DNA of 40,973 nt. Origin: a virus. Every line of letters starts with the position of its first letter. The stretch's first letter is position 1. A model generated the notes under the pieces. The model ran no database searches. It saw only the letters and a list, made by a program, of their open reading frames with translations, and had not been told where the DNA came from. The DNA lies in the UHGV virus genome UHGV-0256613; one strand, 5' to 3'. Made by a program: the position numbers and the translations under genes. This document shows, piece after piece, positions 17,641 to 27,332 of the stretch.

Positions 17641-18246
17641 TTAAGCAGCATTGTCTGTGTTGCGATTGTTCCTTGAGTTAAACTTATTTGCAATTCTGGT
17701 ATTGGATTTTATTTTTTCTTCTGCAAGTTCTTTTTCAAGCGCCATTATTTTTTCAATAAGGGAATCTCTTTCCTGCAAAAAAGAATTCAAAGACTCTTGG
17801 TGCTTGATTAAATCATTTTTATAGAATTGAATCTCAGACTCAAACTCAACCTTAACTCTGTCGTATGTAATGTCCCTTTGTGCCTCAAGCTTACGCAATT
17901 CTATGGCGTTTTTAACATCCCTGAGGCTTTTGTTGTGTTTGAAGTTATCGATGTTCTGTAGTGGAATTTTTTGAAACATCACCACTATATTGTTAAACCA
18001 TGGAACTATTACACACAGCGCGAATGCACATAAAGCTGGATATAAGAGTGAGTGGTACGCATCACTATGGGAAGATATATAATTTATTTTTTCTTCAATT
18101 CCTGACTTACTGAAGAATAAAAATAATAGTGGATTCCAGTTAAAAGAACACCACGAAAACACAAATGCCCCAAGTGCTGGGTTGCGGACTCTCTCTGACG
18201 CTGTGCTAATAGCCGATGATGCGATCTCTTTAAATTGCTCGAACAT
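17641..18246 (-). CDS. membrane protein with C-terminal coiled-coil (moron), unknown function
   Basis: 201 aa; AT-rich; two hydrophobic segments then a charged helical region (ELRKLEAQRDITYDRVKVEFESEIQFYKNDLIKHQESL...); convergent with the terminase genes. Confidence 0.65.
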   Translation of the reverse strand: MFEQFKEIASSAISTASERVRNPALGAFVFSWCSFNWNPLLFLFFSKSGIEEKINYISSHSDAYHSLLYPALCAFALCVIVPWFNNIVVMFQKIPLQNIDNFKHNKSLRDVKNAIELRKLEAQRDITYDRVKVEFESEIQFYKNDLIKHQESLNSFLQERDSLIEKIMALEKELAEEKIKSNTRIANKFNSRNNRNTDNAA

Positions 18247-18278
18247 GTCTAAACCAGATGTTAAATGTTTTTGTTATC

Positions 18279-18293
18279 TTACCTTCAAGGTAA
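18279..18293. promoter_or_regulatory. TTACC-N5-GGTAA palindrome (copy 1 of 4)
   Basis: TTACCttcaaGGTAA ~30 nt upstream of the minus-strand moron gene start at 18246. Confidence 0.4.
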
Positions 18294-18309
18294 CGTTCAG
18301 TCACCAGGC

Positions 18310-18333
18310 AAAAAAATGCCCGGCGAACCGGGC
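18310..18333 (-). terminator. rho-independent terminator downstream of the minus-strand tRNA
   Basis: On minus strand GCCCGG-uucg-CCGGGC followed by a T7 run. Confidence 0.55.
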
Positions 18334-18496
18334 GAACTGGAAGCAATGAGTTATGCCTTCCGTGGCTGTACTGGTTTACAGCATGAAGTCATCGCAATGG
18401 CGTCCTGCTGTAAAAAGGGCGGTGATAGTCCTTCAAGGGAAACAGTCACCGCCAATCCCCTGGAACTTCTGGCATCACGGTCCTTAGGCGTGATTC

Positions 18497-18573
18497 TGGC
18501 GTGGCATGCAGGATTCGAACCTGCGACCAACCGCTTAGAAGGCGGTTGCTCTGTCCAACTGAGCTAATGCCAC
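18497..18573 (-). tRNA. tRNA-Arg (anticodon UCU), phage-encoded
   Basis: Minus-strand GTGGCATTAGCTCAGTTGGACAGAGCAACCGCCTTCTAAGCGGTTGGTCGCAGGTTCGAATCCTGCATGCCACGCCA folds as a cloverleaf: 7-bp acceptor, D-arm GCTC/GAGC, anticodon loop CUUCUAA, T-loop TTCGAAT, encoded CCA; acceptor stem differs from recalled host argU. Confidence 0.9.
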
Positions 18574-18829
18574 AACGCTGAGAGCACTGGTTTGGCTCGA
18601 TATCAGGTAGGGTGGAACAGCCCGCTAATATCCAATGCTCTCATCGTTGTACCCTCGTCTCTTCCGAGGCGTCACACCGAATCGCCGGGATGGTGAATCC
18701 CCGTGCGCGGAATAAAACCGCTCGACTTGCACATTCCGGCTACCTGGTTCGTTTGCCCGAGCAAGGGAGGGTGCCCCTTAAACGTATCCAGACCGCTATC
18801 GTCGCATGTGCCATACGCCGTACTGCTCA
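18574..18829 (-). ncRNA. candidate structured RNA, right copy, directly 5' of tRNA-Arg
   Basis: Reverse complement is homologous to 11408-11650 with conserved flanks and a diverged central hairpin region; the conserved 3' block AGTGCUCUCAGCGUU abuts the tRNA 5' end. Confidence 0.4.
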
Positions 18830-18902
18830 AAATAAAAGCTCACTCCACCTGTTCAATTTAACGACAAGCCAGTCAGGTTAGTAACCGGAATGAACTCTTT
18901 GG

Positions 18903-18917
18903 TTACCTTAAAGGTAA
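18903..18917. promoter_or_regulatory. TTACC-N5-GGTAA palindrome (copy 2 of 4)
   Basis: TTACCttaaaGGTAA between the right RNA element and the small ORF/portal operon. Confidence 0.4.
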
Positions 18918-19007
18918 TAATTCGTGCATTAAATGTCAACTGTCTACGATAAATAAATCATATGTGGTTAAATTGGTAATAATTTAATTGCGTACGGAGT
19001 CATTGAT

Positions 19008-19214
19008 ATGTGCATGGGTAGCTCACCATCAGTGCCTGCAACACCAGAAGTTCAGGCAGCACCACAGGAGCAGGATGCCGCCGTTGTTGATGCCCGCGAC
19101 GAAGAAACTCGTCGCCGTCGCGCTGCTGCTGGTCGTAGTTCTACGCTGCTTACCGGTTCTCAGGGCGACACATCAACCGCTAATACCAGCGGTAAAACGC
19201 TGCTTGGTCAGTAA
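19008..19214 (+). CDS. hypothetical small protein upstream of portal
   Basis: 68 aa with GGAG SD; the same SD context (ccggagtcattga) recurs before the portal gene. Confidence 0.5.
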   Translation: MCMGSSPSVPATPEVQAAPQEQDAAVVDARDEETRRRRAAAGRSSTLLTGSQGDTSTANTSGKTLLGQ

Positions 19215-19228
19215 CCGGAGTCATTGAA

Positions 19229-20908
19229 ATGGCGGAAACAACTAAAGAGCGATTGAACAAACAGTTCGCACAACTTGAAAGCGAGCGTCAATCGTTCGAG
19301 CCGCACTGGCGCGAGTTGAGTGATTACATCAACCCGCGTGGTTCCCGCTTTCTGACTTCTGAGGTCAACCGTAACGATCGACGCAATACACGTATTATTG
19401 ATTCGACCGGGACTATGGCGGCGCGCACTCTCGCCAGCGGCATGATGTCAGGCATCACAAGCCCCGCGCGTCCGTGGTTTCGCCTGGCTACGCCAGATCC
19501 TGAAATGATGGATTATGGCCCTGTTAAGTTGTGGCTTGAGGCGGTGCAGAACCGCATGAACGATATGTTCAATAAGTCGAATCTCTATCAGTCTCTGCCG
19601 CAGTTATACGGAAGCCTCGGCACATACAGCACTGGTGCAATGGCAGTGCTGGAGGATGACGAGGACATCATTCGCACAATGCCATTCCCGATAGGCAGTT
19701 ACTACCTGGCTAACTCACCTCGTGGCAGTGTGGACACCTGTTTTCGCAAGTTCTCTATGACTGTTCGTCAGCTTGTTCAGGAGTTCGGGCTAAATAACGT
19801 CAGCGAATCCGTAAAAAGCATGTGGGAAAGCGGCACCTACGAGAAGTGGATTGAAGTGATGCATTCGGTTTACCCGAACATTGACCGCGATGCATCGAAG
19901 CTGGATAGCAAGAACAAGCCATTCAAATCGGTTTATTACGAGGTTGGTGGCGATAACGACAAGTTGTTGCGCGAGTCCGGATTCGATGAGTTTCCAATTA
20001 TGGCTCCGCGCTGGGAAGTTAACGGCGAAGATGTTTATGGATCATCATGCCCGGGTATGCTGGCGCTTGGACCTGTTAAGGCATTGCAGCTTCTCCAGAA
20101 GCGCAAGTCGCAGTTGATTGATAAAGCCACCAATCCGCCGATGGTTGCTCCGACTTCCCTCAAGAATCAGCGCGCCTCCCTTCTTCCTGGCGACATCACG
20201 TATATCGATCAGATTACTGGTCAGGATGGCTTCAGGCCTGCTTATCTGGTTAACCCCAGTACAGCAGATTTGGTGGCAGACATTCAGGACACTCGTCAAA
20301 TCATTAACAGCGCCTACTTCGTCGATCTGTTCATGATGTTGCAGAACATCAATACCCGCTCAATGCCTGTTGAAGCGGTGATCGAAATGAAAGAAGAAAA
20401 GCTTCTGATGTTGGGGCCGGTTCTGGAGCGTCTGAACGACGAATGTCTTAATCCTCTCATTGACCGCGCTTTCTCGATGATGGTGCGTAAAAACATGCTG
20501 CCGCCACCGCCTGACGCGATGGAAGGTATGCCCCTGAAGGTCGAATACATTTCTGTCATGGCTCAGGCGCAGAAGTCTATCGGCCTGTCCAGTCTGGCGT
20601 CCACGGTTAACTTCATTGGTCAACTTGCGCAAGCGAAACCAGAAGCTTTCGACAAACTCAACGTTGATCAGGCGATCGATGCATTCGCTGATATGTCCGG
20701 AGTGTCTCCAACCGTCATTGTTCCGCAGGAACAGGTTGAGCAGGCTCGCCAGCAACGGGCACAGCAACAACAGCAGCAACAAATGATGGCGATGGGGATG
20801 GCGGCGGCACAGGGTGCCAAGACGCTAAGCGAAGCTAAAACTTCGGATCCGAGTGTTTTGTCAGCTATGGCGAATGCAGTTAGTGGTCAGGGTGGGCAAT
20901 CACAATGA
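19229..20908 (+). CDS. portal (head-to-tail connector, T7 gp8-like)
   Basis: 559 aa; position after terminase; Gln/Ala-rich C-terminal tail; first gene of a T7-order structural module. Confidence 0.85.
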   Translation: MAETTKERLNKQFAQLESERQSFEPHWRELSDYINPRGSRFLTSEVNRNDRRNTRIIDSTGTMAARTLASGMMSGITSPARPWFRLATPDPEMMDYGPVKLWLEAVQNRMNDMFNKSNLYQSLPQLYGSLGTYSTGAMAVLEDDEDIIRTMPFPIGSYYLANSPRGSVDTCFRKFSMTVRQLVQEFGLNNVSESVKSMWESGTYEKWIEVMHSVYPNIDRDASKLDSKNKPFKSVYYEVGGDNDKLLRESGFDEFPIMAPRWEVNGEDVYGSSCPGMLALGPVKALQLLQKRKSQLIDKATNPPMVAPTSLKNQRASLLPGDITYIDQITGQDGFRPAYLVNPSTADLVADIQDTRQIINSAYFVDLFMMLQNINTRSMPVEAVIEMKEEKLLMLGPVLERLNDECLNPLIDRAFSMMVRKNMLPPPPDAMEGMPLKVEYISVMAQAQKSIGLSSLASTVNFIGQLAQAKPEAFDKLNVDQAIDAFADMSGVSPTVIVPQEQVEQARQQRAQQQQQQQMMAMGMAAAQGAKTLSEAKTSDPSVLSAMANAVSGQGGQSQ

Positions 20909-21201
20909 CAGATTACGAAGACGATCAACTGAAAGAAGAAAACGCCCGTAAGCAACGTGACATGGCACAGCGTGAAATTGATGACATTCGCTTTGTCATG
21001 AGCAGTGAACAGGGGCGTCGCGTTGTCTGGTCTGTGCTGGAGAAAGGCCGGGTGTTTTCCGCTATCTCACCGATGGACGCTATGGCAATGGCATTTAATG
21101 AGGGGCAACGCAATCTGGCGCTGGAACTGTTTCAGCGCGTTATGGCGCATTGCCCTGAACAGTATTTGAAGATGGCCAAAGAGGCCAGTGAACAGGAGTG
21201 A
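20905..21201 (+). CDS. hypothetical head-assembly protein
   Basis: 98 aa; ATGA overlap with the portal stop. Confidence 0.55.
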   Translation: MTDYEDDQLKEENARKQRDMAQREIDDIRFVMSSEQGRRVVWSVLEKGRVFSAISPMDAMAMAFNEGQRNLALELFQRVMAHCPEQYLKMAKEASEQE

Positions 21202-21899
21202 TCATGAATTTATTTGAGCGTTTGCTGTATCGCCGTCTTTGCAATGAGCAACCAGTCGATGGTGGAGCAGCTCCGGCTGCGTCAGAACCGTCAGCGCCTG
21301 CAGGTGATAACCCTGCTCCAGTTGGTGATCCATCACAACAGGAAGGTGATAAGCCACAACCTGTTGCTGATGGCGATAAACCTGCTGATGACAAAAAGCC
21401 TGAAAACGATAAGCAGGATGAAAAAAAGGACGGCGATAAACCAGAGGGTGCGCCTGAGAAGTACGAGTTTCAGGCTGCCGAAGGCGTAGAGCTGGATACA
21501 GAAGCGTTGAAGGAGTTCGAGCCGGTGGCGCGAGAACTTAACCTGACCAACGAGCAAGCGCAAAAGCTGGTTGATGCTTATCCGAAAATTCTGGCAGGTG
21601 TTCAGCAGCGCCAGGCAGAAGCCTGGCAGAAAACAACCGAGCAGTGGGCTGCGGATGTAAAAGCTGACAAAGAAATCGGTGGCGACAAGTTGATTTCTAA
21701 CCTTAGCGCCGCACAGCGTGCGCTTGACCAGTTCGGGACACCTGAACTCAAAGAATATCTGAACACCACCGGGCTGGGTAATCACCCTGATCTGGTCAAA
21801 ACGTTCGTGAAAATCGGAAAGGCTATGTCTGAAGATGGCATGGTCACCGGTGGTAATGAAGGCCAGCGTAGTGCGGCCGAAGTGCTCTATGGCAAATAA
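21198..21899 (+). CDS. scaffolding protein
   Basis: 233 aa; highly acidic, Pro/Asp/Lys-rich N-terminus and helical C-terminus, between portal and capsid genes. Confidence 0.65.
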   Translation: MIMNLFERLLYRRLCNEQPVDGGAAPAASEPSAPAGDNPAPVGDPSQQEGDKPQPVADGDKPADDKKPENDKQDEKKDGDKPEGAPEKYEFQAAEGVELDTEALKEFEPVARELNLTNEQAQKLVDAYPKILAGVQQRQAEAWQKTTEQWAADVKADKEIGGDKLISNLSAAQRALDQFGTPELKEYLNTTGLGNHPDLVKTFVKIGKAMSEDGMVTGGNEGQRSAAEVLYGK

Positions 21900-21913
21900 G
21901 AGAGGAGATAACA

Positions 21914-22900
21914 ATGTCTGTTAAAGGCTTAACTGCGCTAACGCTGGCTGACTGGGGTAAGCGCGTCGATCCAAATGGGAAAGTCGATAAGATTATCGAG
22001 CTTCTCAATCAAACTAACCCAATTCTTCAGGATATGCCTTTTGTTGAAGGAAACCTTCCTACCGGACACCGAACCACCATTCGTTCTGGTTTACCTTCTG
22101 CTACCTGGCGTTTGCTGAACTATGGCGTACAGCCAAGCAAATCAACCACAGTGCAGGTCACCGATTCCATTGGCATGCTGGAAACCTATGCTGAAGTCGA
22201 TAAGTCTCTGGCTGATCTGAACGGTAATACTGCCGAATTCCGTCTGTCTGAAGACCGAGCATTTATTGAAGCGATGAATCAGGCGATGGCGCAGACACTG
22301 TTTTACGGTGATTCCAGCGTTAACCCTCAGCAGTTTATGGGACTGTCCTCCCGCTATTCCAGCCTGTCTGCGGGTAATGCTCAGAACATCATTGATGCTG
22401 GTGGCACGGGTACAGATAACACTTCAATCTGGTTAGTGGTGTGGGGCGAAAACACCGTGCATGGCATCTTCCCGAAAGGACAGAAGGCTGGCATTCAGAT
22501 GGAAGATAAAGGCCAGGTGACACTGGAAGATGCTAAAGGCGGCAAGTACGAAGGTTATCGTACCCATTATAAGTGGGACAACGGGCTGACATTACGTGAC
22601 TGGCGCTATGTAGTTCGTATCGCAAACATTGATGTCAGTAATCTTGACGCTCCTTCTACTGCCGCGAATATCGCAAAACTGATGATTCGTGCCCTTCATC
22701 GAATCCCAAATCGTGGGATGGGACGTCCTGTTTTCTACATGAACAGAACCATTAACGAAGTGCTTGACCTGCAATCTCTGGAGAAGAGTTCTCTGGCGAT
22801 CAGCGTGAAAGAGACAGAAGGCGAATGGTGGACAGCACTTCGTGGTGTGCCGATTCGTGAAACTGACGCACTTCTGGAAACAGAAGCCCGCGTGGTGTAA
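21914..22900 (+). CDS. major capsid protein
   Basis: 328 aa; follows the scaffold gene; strong SD (AGAGGAGA). Confidence 0.8.
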   Translation: MSVKGLTALTLADWGKRVDPNGKVDKIIELLNQTNPILQDMPFVEGNLPTGHRTTIRSGLPSATWRLLNYGVQPSKSTTVQVTDSIGMLETYAEVDKSLADLNGNTAEFRLSEDRAFIEAMNQAMAQTLFYGDSSVNPQQFMGLSSRYSSLSAGNAQNIIDAGGTGTDNTSIWLVVWGENTVHGIFPKGQKAGIQMEDKGQVTLEDAKGGKYEGYRTHYKWDNGLTLRDWRYVVRIANIDVSNLDAPSTAANIAKLMIRALHRIPNRGMGRPVFYMNRTINEVLDLQSLEKSSLAISVKETEGEWWTALRGVPIRETDALLETEARVV

Positions 22901-22951
22901 CGCCTGTTATTAACCTGTGGGCCGCAACAGGCCCACTAATGGAGAAAGAAG

Positions 22952-23389
22952 ATGATCACCGACAAACTGTTGATGTTCTCCGAAGCACAGGCGGTAACTG
23001 ATACCGCGGCTTCTACTGACGTAATCGATCTCGGTCCAATTGACGGAAACCGTCGCGATATCGGTGTGGGTTACCCGCTTGAGTTTTGGGTGCTGGTTAA
23101 CGAAGCCGCCACGGCAAGTGGTGAGGCAACTGTAAACATCCAGTTGCAGACGAGTGAGAATAACAGCTCATGGTCCACTATTTATGATAGTGGCGCACTG
23201 GCAAAGGCCACCCTGACAGCAGGTAAGCGAGTTGTTTCTGCAAAGGTGCCTGCCGGTGTTCAGCGATATCTGCGTGTTAACTACTCCGTCGCAACTGGCC
23301 CACTAACGGCTGGCAAATTCACTGCGGGTATCAATCTTGATGTTGATGCCAATACGCCGTATCCGATCCGCTCAAAAGTAACTGGTTAA
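22952..23389 (+). CDS. hypothetical virion protein
   Basis: 145 aa; strong SD; within structural operon. Confidence 0.6.
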   Translation: MITDKLLMFSEAQAVTDTAASTDVIDLGPIDGNRRDIGVGYPLEFWVLVNEAATASGEATVNIQLQTSENNSSWSTIYDSGALAKATLTAGKRVVSAKVPAGVQRYLRVNYSVATGPLTAGKFTAGINLDVDANTPYPIRSKVTG

Positions 23390-23390
23390 G

Positions 23391-23735
23391 GTGATATTGA
23401 TGTCAGGTGAGAAACCAAGATACCGCGTTCTGCGCCTCTCTCATATCCATAACACTCTGTGGCCGGAGGGGGCAGAAATCGAATACGAAGGTGAGCCTGG
23501 TAGCGCACTGGAACCTGTTAACGATGCAGCCAGACAGGCAAAAGCAAAAGTTGCAGGAAAGGTGTCAATGGCAGCAACCAGCACCAAAATCATCAACGAT
23601 GTGTCAGATGATGGTGAACTGGATAAGCTCCGTGAAGAGTACGAATTGCTCTTTAACGAGAAGCCACACCATAACGCCAAAGCCGAAACGCTCCGCGAGA
23701 AGATCGCAGATAAGCGTAAAGAACTGGGCGTGTAA
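23391..23735 (+). CDS. hypothetical virion protein
   Basis: 114 aa; tightly coupled to the preceding gene; followed by a terminator. Confidence 0.6.
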   Translation: MILMSGEKPRYRVLRLSHIHNTLWPEGAEIEYEGEPGSALEPVNDAARQAKAKVAGKVSMAATSTKIINDVSDDGELDKLREEYELLFNEKPHHNAKAETLREKIADKRKELGV

Positions 23736-23752
23736 GCCTCGCGAATCAGACA

Positions 23753-23773
23753 AGGGGCTTCGGCCCCTTTATT
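23753..23773 (+). terminator. rho-independent terminator after the capsid gene block
   Basis: AGGGGC-ttcg-GCCCCT followed by TTATT; position analogous to T7 T-phi. Confidence 0.65.
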
Positions 23774-23791
23774 GCAGGAGTATAGAAACTT

Positions 23792-24397
23792 ATGGCCTCT
23801 GTAGTAGAGATCTGCAATCGTGCGCTGTCCAATATTGGCAACAGCCGCAGTATTAACAGCCTGACGGAAGCCAGCAAGGAAGCGGGGGAATGTTCGCTGC
23901 ACTTTGAGGCCTGCCGTGATGCTGTGCTTTCTGATTTTGACTGGAACTTTGCTACCAAACGCGTGGCGCTTGCAGATACGAGCAATCCACCGCCTGACTG
24001 GGAATATGCGTACCAGTACCCGTCCGATTGTCTGCGCATTACTGAAATTATGCTTCCTGGTGTACGCAATCCAACAGCAGCAATGCGCGTTCAGTACGAA
24101 GTTGGTGCAGACACCAACGGAACAGGAAAGTTGATCTACACAGACCAGCCGCAGGCATGGCTCAAGTATGTATCTCGCGTTTCAGATGTGAACATGTTTG
24201 ATGCCATTTTTATGGAGGCGTTGGCCTGGCGTCTTGCGGCAGCCATTAACATGGCGCTGACTGGGAATGCAGACCTCGGTACGTTTGCCCTCAATATGTA
24301 CAATCGCGTGATTCTTAGTGCTGGCTCGCATAGCCAGAATGAATCACAGGAACCACAGCCACCGGTTGACGAGTTTACCATTGCGAGGTTGTCCTGA
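23792..24397 (+). CDS. tail tubular protein A (T7 gp11-like)
   Basis: 201 aa; size, position and N-terminal pattern (..NRALSNIG..SINSLTE..) resemble T7 gp11. Confidence 0.6.
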   Translation: MASVVEICNRALSNIGNSRSINSLTEASKEAGECSLHFEACRDAVLSDFDWNFATKRVALADTSNPPPDWEYAYQYPSDCLRITEIMLPGVRNPTAAMRVQYEVGADTNGTGKLIYTDQPQAWLKYVSRVSDVNMFDAIFMEALAWRLAAAINMALTGNADLGTFALNMYNRVILSAGSHSQNESQEPQPPVDEFTIARLS

Positions 24398-26868
24398 TGG
24401 CTATCAGTTGGATCCAGCCCAGCTTTGCCGGTGGTGAGATTGGACCGTCGTTGTACGGACGTATCGACATGGCGAAGTACCAGGTGGCATTGCGCAAGTG
24501 CGATAACTTTATCGTGCGGCAGTATGGCGGCGTTGAGAATCGACCAGGTACGCGTTTTGTCGGTGCCGCAAAATACCCAAATCGGAAATGCCGCCTGATC
24601 CCGTTCCAGTTCTCGACGGTTCAGACCTATGCTCTGGAGTTCGGACACCAGTACATGCGCGTTATCAAAGATGGTGCGTTGGTGCTGAACAGCAGCAATG
24701 TTATTTATGAAATTGCCACGCCATATACTGAAGCCGATCTGTTCCGAATTAAATTCACGCAAAGCGCCGACGTGCTTACGCTGGTTCACCCGGCATACCC
24801 GCCGAAAGAGTTGCGCCGCTACGCGCATGACAACTGGCAACTGGTTGATGTGGTAACGAAGAACGGGCCATTTGAAGATATCAATATTGACGAGTCAGTG
24901 ACGGTTTATGCCAGCGCCAGCACCGGGACAATTACGTTAACGGCAAGCGCCTCTATTTTTGGCGCGGAGCAGGTAGGCAAATTGTTCTATCTGGAACAGC
25001 CTGCAGTGGATTCAGTGCCGGTATGGGAAACCAGTAAGAGTACGTCGATTGGCGATATTCGCCGTGCAGACAGTAATTACTATCGCGCCGTTACAGCAGG
25101 CAAAACAGGCACTTTGCGCCCTTCGCATACAGAAGGCACATCATGGGATGGCTGGGGCGGCTCCGGTGATGATGATACTGGCATTGAGTGGGAGTATCTG
25201 CACAGTGGTTTTGGCATTGCCCGTATCACTGCTGTAAACGGCACTACTGCAACTGCCGAGGTGATTTCCTATATCCCTTCGCAGGTCGTTGGCGAGGATA
25301 ATGCCAGCTATAAATGGGCTAAATATGCCTGGAACAGTGTTAATGGTTATCCTGGCACTGTTGTTTATTATCAACAACGTCTTTACTTCGCCGCATCGAC
25401 TGCGTTCCCTCAGACTATCTGGGCCAGCCGTACCGGGGATTATAAGGATTTTGGCAAAAGCAATCCTACGCAGGATGACGACAGAATTATCTACACCTAT
25501 GCCGGGCGTCAGGTTAATGAGATCCGCCACCTGATTGATGTTGGTTCGCTGGTGGCGCTGACTTCCGGAGGTGAGTACGTCATCACCGGCGACCAGAACA
25601 AAGTGTTAACCCCATCATCATTTGCATTCAGCTCTCAGGGATCAAATGGCTCAAGCAACGTCCCACCAATTGCTGTGGCGAATATTGCTCTGTTCGTCCA
25701 GGAGAAAGGCAGTGTTGTCCGTGATCTGGCCTACTCATTCGATGTTGACGGCTATCAGGGGAACGACCTTACTATCCTTGCCAATCATCTTTTTCAGAAG
25801 CACAGCATTGTTGACTGGTGCTTCTCTATTGTCCCTTACTCCAGCGCCTTCTGCATTCGTGATGACGGTAAATTACTGGTGATGACCTATTTGCGTGATC
25901 AACAGGTTTTTGCATGGGCACCACAGTCCAGTACCGGAAAATATGAAAGCACATGCAGTATCAGCGAAGGCAATGAAGATGCGGTGTATTTCGTCATTAA
26001 CCGAACCGTTAACGGGCAAACAGTGAGATACATCGAGCGACTGTCCAGCCGTTTATTTACCAGCGATGAAGATGCTTTCTTTGTTGATTCTGGCCTTAGC
26101 TATGATGGAAGAAATACGTCTGACAGAACGATGACCATCACTGGTGGTTCTGGTGAATGGGATTACCGTGCGGAATATACAATCAGTGTTTCTGGTGGTG
26201 CGTACTTCACCAGTAGTGATGTCGGCGCGCAACTACAGTTCCCTTATACCGGAACTGATCCTGATACTGGCGATGAAGTGTCAAAAGAATTACGTTGCGA
26301 CATTATTTCTGTAACCAGCAATACCGCAGTAGTGGTTCGTGCTAACAGGAACGTCCCGCCATCCCTCAGGAATGTGGCCACCACGAACTGGCAGATGGCG
26401 CGCCGGACATTTGGCGGCTTGTCTCATCTTGAAGGCCAGACCGTAAACATCCTCTCTGATGCGAACGTGGAACCACAAAAAGTGGTTTCCGGAGGTGCCG
26501 TCACGCTGGAATCACCGGGGGCTGTTGTGCACATCGGCCTGCCAATAACTGCTGAATTCGAAACACTGGATATCAACATTAACGGACAGGAAACGCTGCT
26601 GGACAAAAAACAGGTGATCCCGTCCGTTACTCTGGTTGTGAATGCCAGTCGCGGCATCTGGGCGACTACGCCCGGCGGTAAATGGTACGAATATCCACAG
26701 CGTGAATTCGAGTTCTACGATGATCCTGTTGATGATGCTACCGGAAAAGTAGAAGTGAAGCTGGACAGTAACTGGGGCAAAAACGGGCGTGTAAAAATCC
26801 GTCAGCTTGACCCGTTGCCGCTGTCTGTTCTTGCCGTTATTCCTCGCCTTACTGTTGGGGGATTCTGA
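24397..26868 (+). CDS. tail tubular protein B (T7 gp12-like)
   Basis: 823 aa; overlapping start; size and order match T7 gp12. Confidence 0.65.
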   Translation: MAISWIQPSFAGGEIGPSLYGRIDMAKYQVALRKCDNFIVRQYGGVENRPGTRFVGAAKYPNRKCRLIPFQFSTVQTYALEFGHQYMRVIKDGALVLNSSNVIYEIATPYTEADLFRIKFTQSADVLTLVHPAYPPKELRRYAHDNWQLVDVVTKNGPFEDINIDESVTVYASASTGTITLTASASIFGAEQVGKLFYLEQPAVDSVPVWETSKSTSIGDIRRADSNYYRAVTAGKTGTLRPSHTEGTSWDGWGGSGDDDTGIEWEYLHSGFGIARITAVNGTTATAEVISYIPSQVVGEDNASYKWAKYAWNSVNGYPGTVVYYQQRLYFAASTAFPQTIWASRTGDYKDFGKSNPTQDDDRIIYTYAGRQVNEIRHLIDVGSLVALTSGGEYVITGDQNKVLTPSSFAFSSQGSNGSSNVPPIAVANIALFVQEKGSVVRDLAYSFDVDGYQGNDLTILANHLFQKHSIVDWCFSIVPYSSAFCIRDDGKLLVMTYLRDQQVFAWAPQSSTGKYESTCSISEGNEDAVYFVINRTVNGQTVRYIERLSSRLFTSDEDAFFVDSGLSYDGRNTSDRTMTITGGSGEWDYRAEYTISVSGGAYFTSSDVGAQLQFPYTGTDPDTGDEVSKELRCDIISVTSNTAVVVRANRNVPPSLRNVATTNWQMARRTFGGLSHLEGQTVNILSDANVEPQKVVSGGAVTLESPGAVVHIGLPITAEFETLDININGQETLLDKKQVIPSVTLVVNASRGIWATTPGGKWYEYPQREFEFYDDPVDDATGKVEVKLDSNWGKNGRVKIRQLDPLPLSVLAVIPRLTVGGF

Positions 26869-27332
26869 TGGTCGATGTTCAAATTATTCCCGCTACCGAA
26901 GAGCATCTTCAGATGATTTTGCCGGATGTTCGTCAGGCTGATATTGACGAACTGTATGCGGTATCGCTGATGACTACCGAAGATGCGCTGCGTGTTGGTC
27001 TGCGCACTGCGACTATGGCCTGGTCAGGATTTGCGAACGGAGAACTGGTAACCATGTTTGGCGTATCTCCGGCGTCAATGATCGGTGGCAATGGTACGCC
27101 CTGGCTGGTAGGAACCAGCCGTATTGAAAAATATCAGAAGACATTTCTGCGCCACTGCCGCCCTGTATTGCAGCAGATGCTGGCAGTTTATCCGCGCCTG
27201 GAAAACTACGTCGACGAGCGAAACCATGTTGCCAAAGCATGGCTGCACTGGCTTGGATTCAGGCTTGAAGAAGCCGCGCCTTATGGTGCTCTTGGTCTTA
27301 ATTTCCACAGATTTCACATGGAGAGAAAATAA
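26868..27332 (+). CDS. internal virion protein (gp13 position)
   Basis: 154 aa; ATGA-coupled. Confidence 0.55.
   Translation: MVDVQIIPATEEHLQMILPDVRQADIDELYAVSLMTTEDALRVGLRTATMAWSGFANGELVTMFGVSPASMIGGNGTPWLVGTSRIEKYQKTFLRHCRPVLQQMLAVYPRLENYVDERNHVAKAWLHWLGFRLEEAAPYGALGLNFHRFHMERK

Noticed and set aside
18265-18567. 100-aa plus-strand ORF
   Set aside because: Overlaps the minus-strand tRNA-Arg and its terminator; no SD; composition not protein-like.
20045-20782. Minus-strand ORFs (20045-20299, 20314-20559, 20360-20782) and plus-strand alternative frames inside the portal gene
   Set aside because: Antisense or out-of-frame within the portal coding sequence; no independent start signals.
24136-24840. 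234-aa minus-strand ORF spanning the tubular A/B junction
   Set aside because: Antisense to two tightly coupled structural genes; Arg/Cys-rich composition not protein-like.
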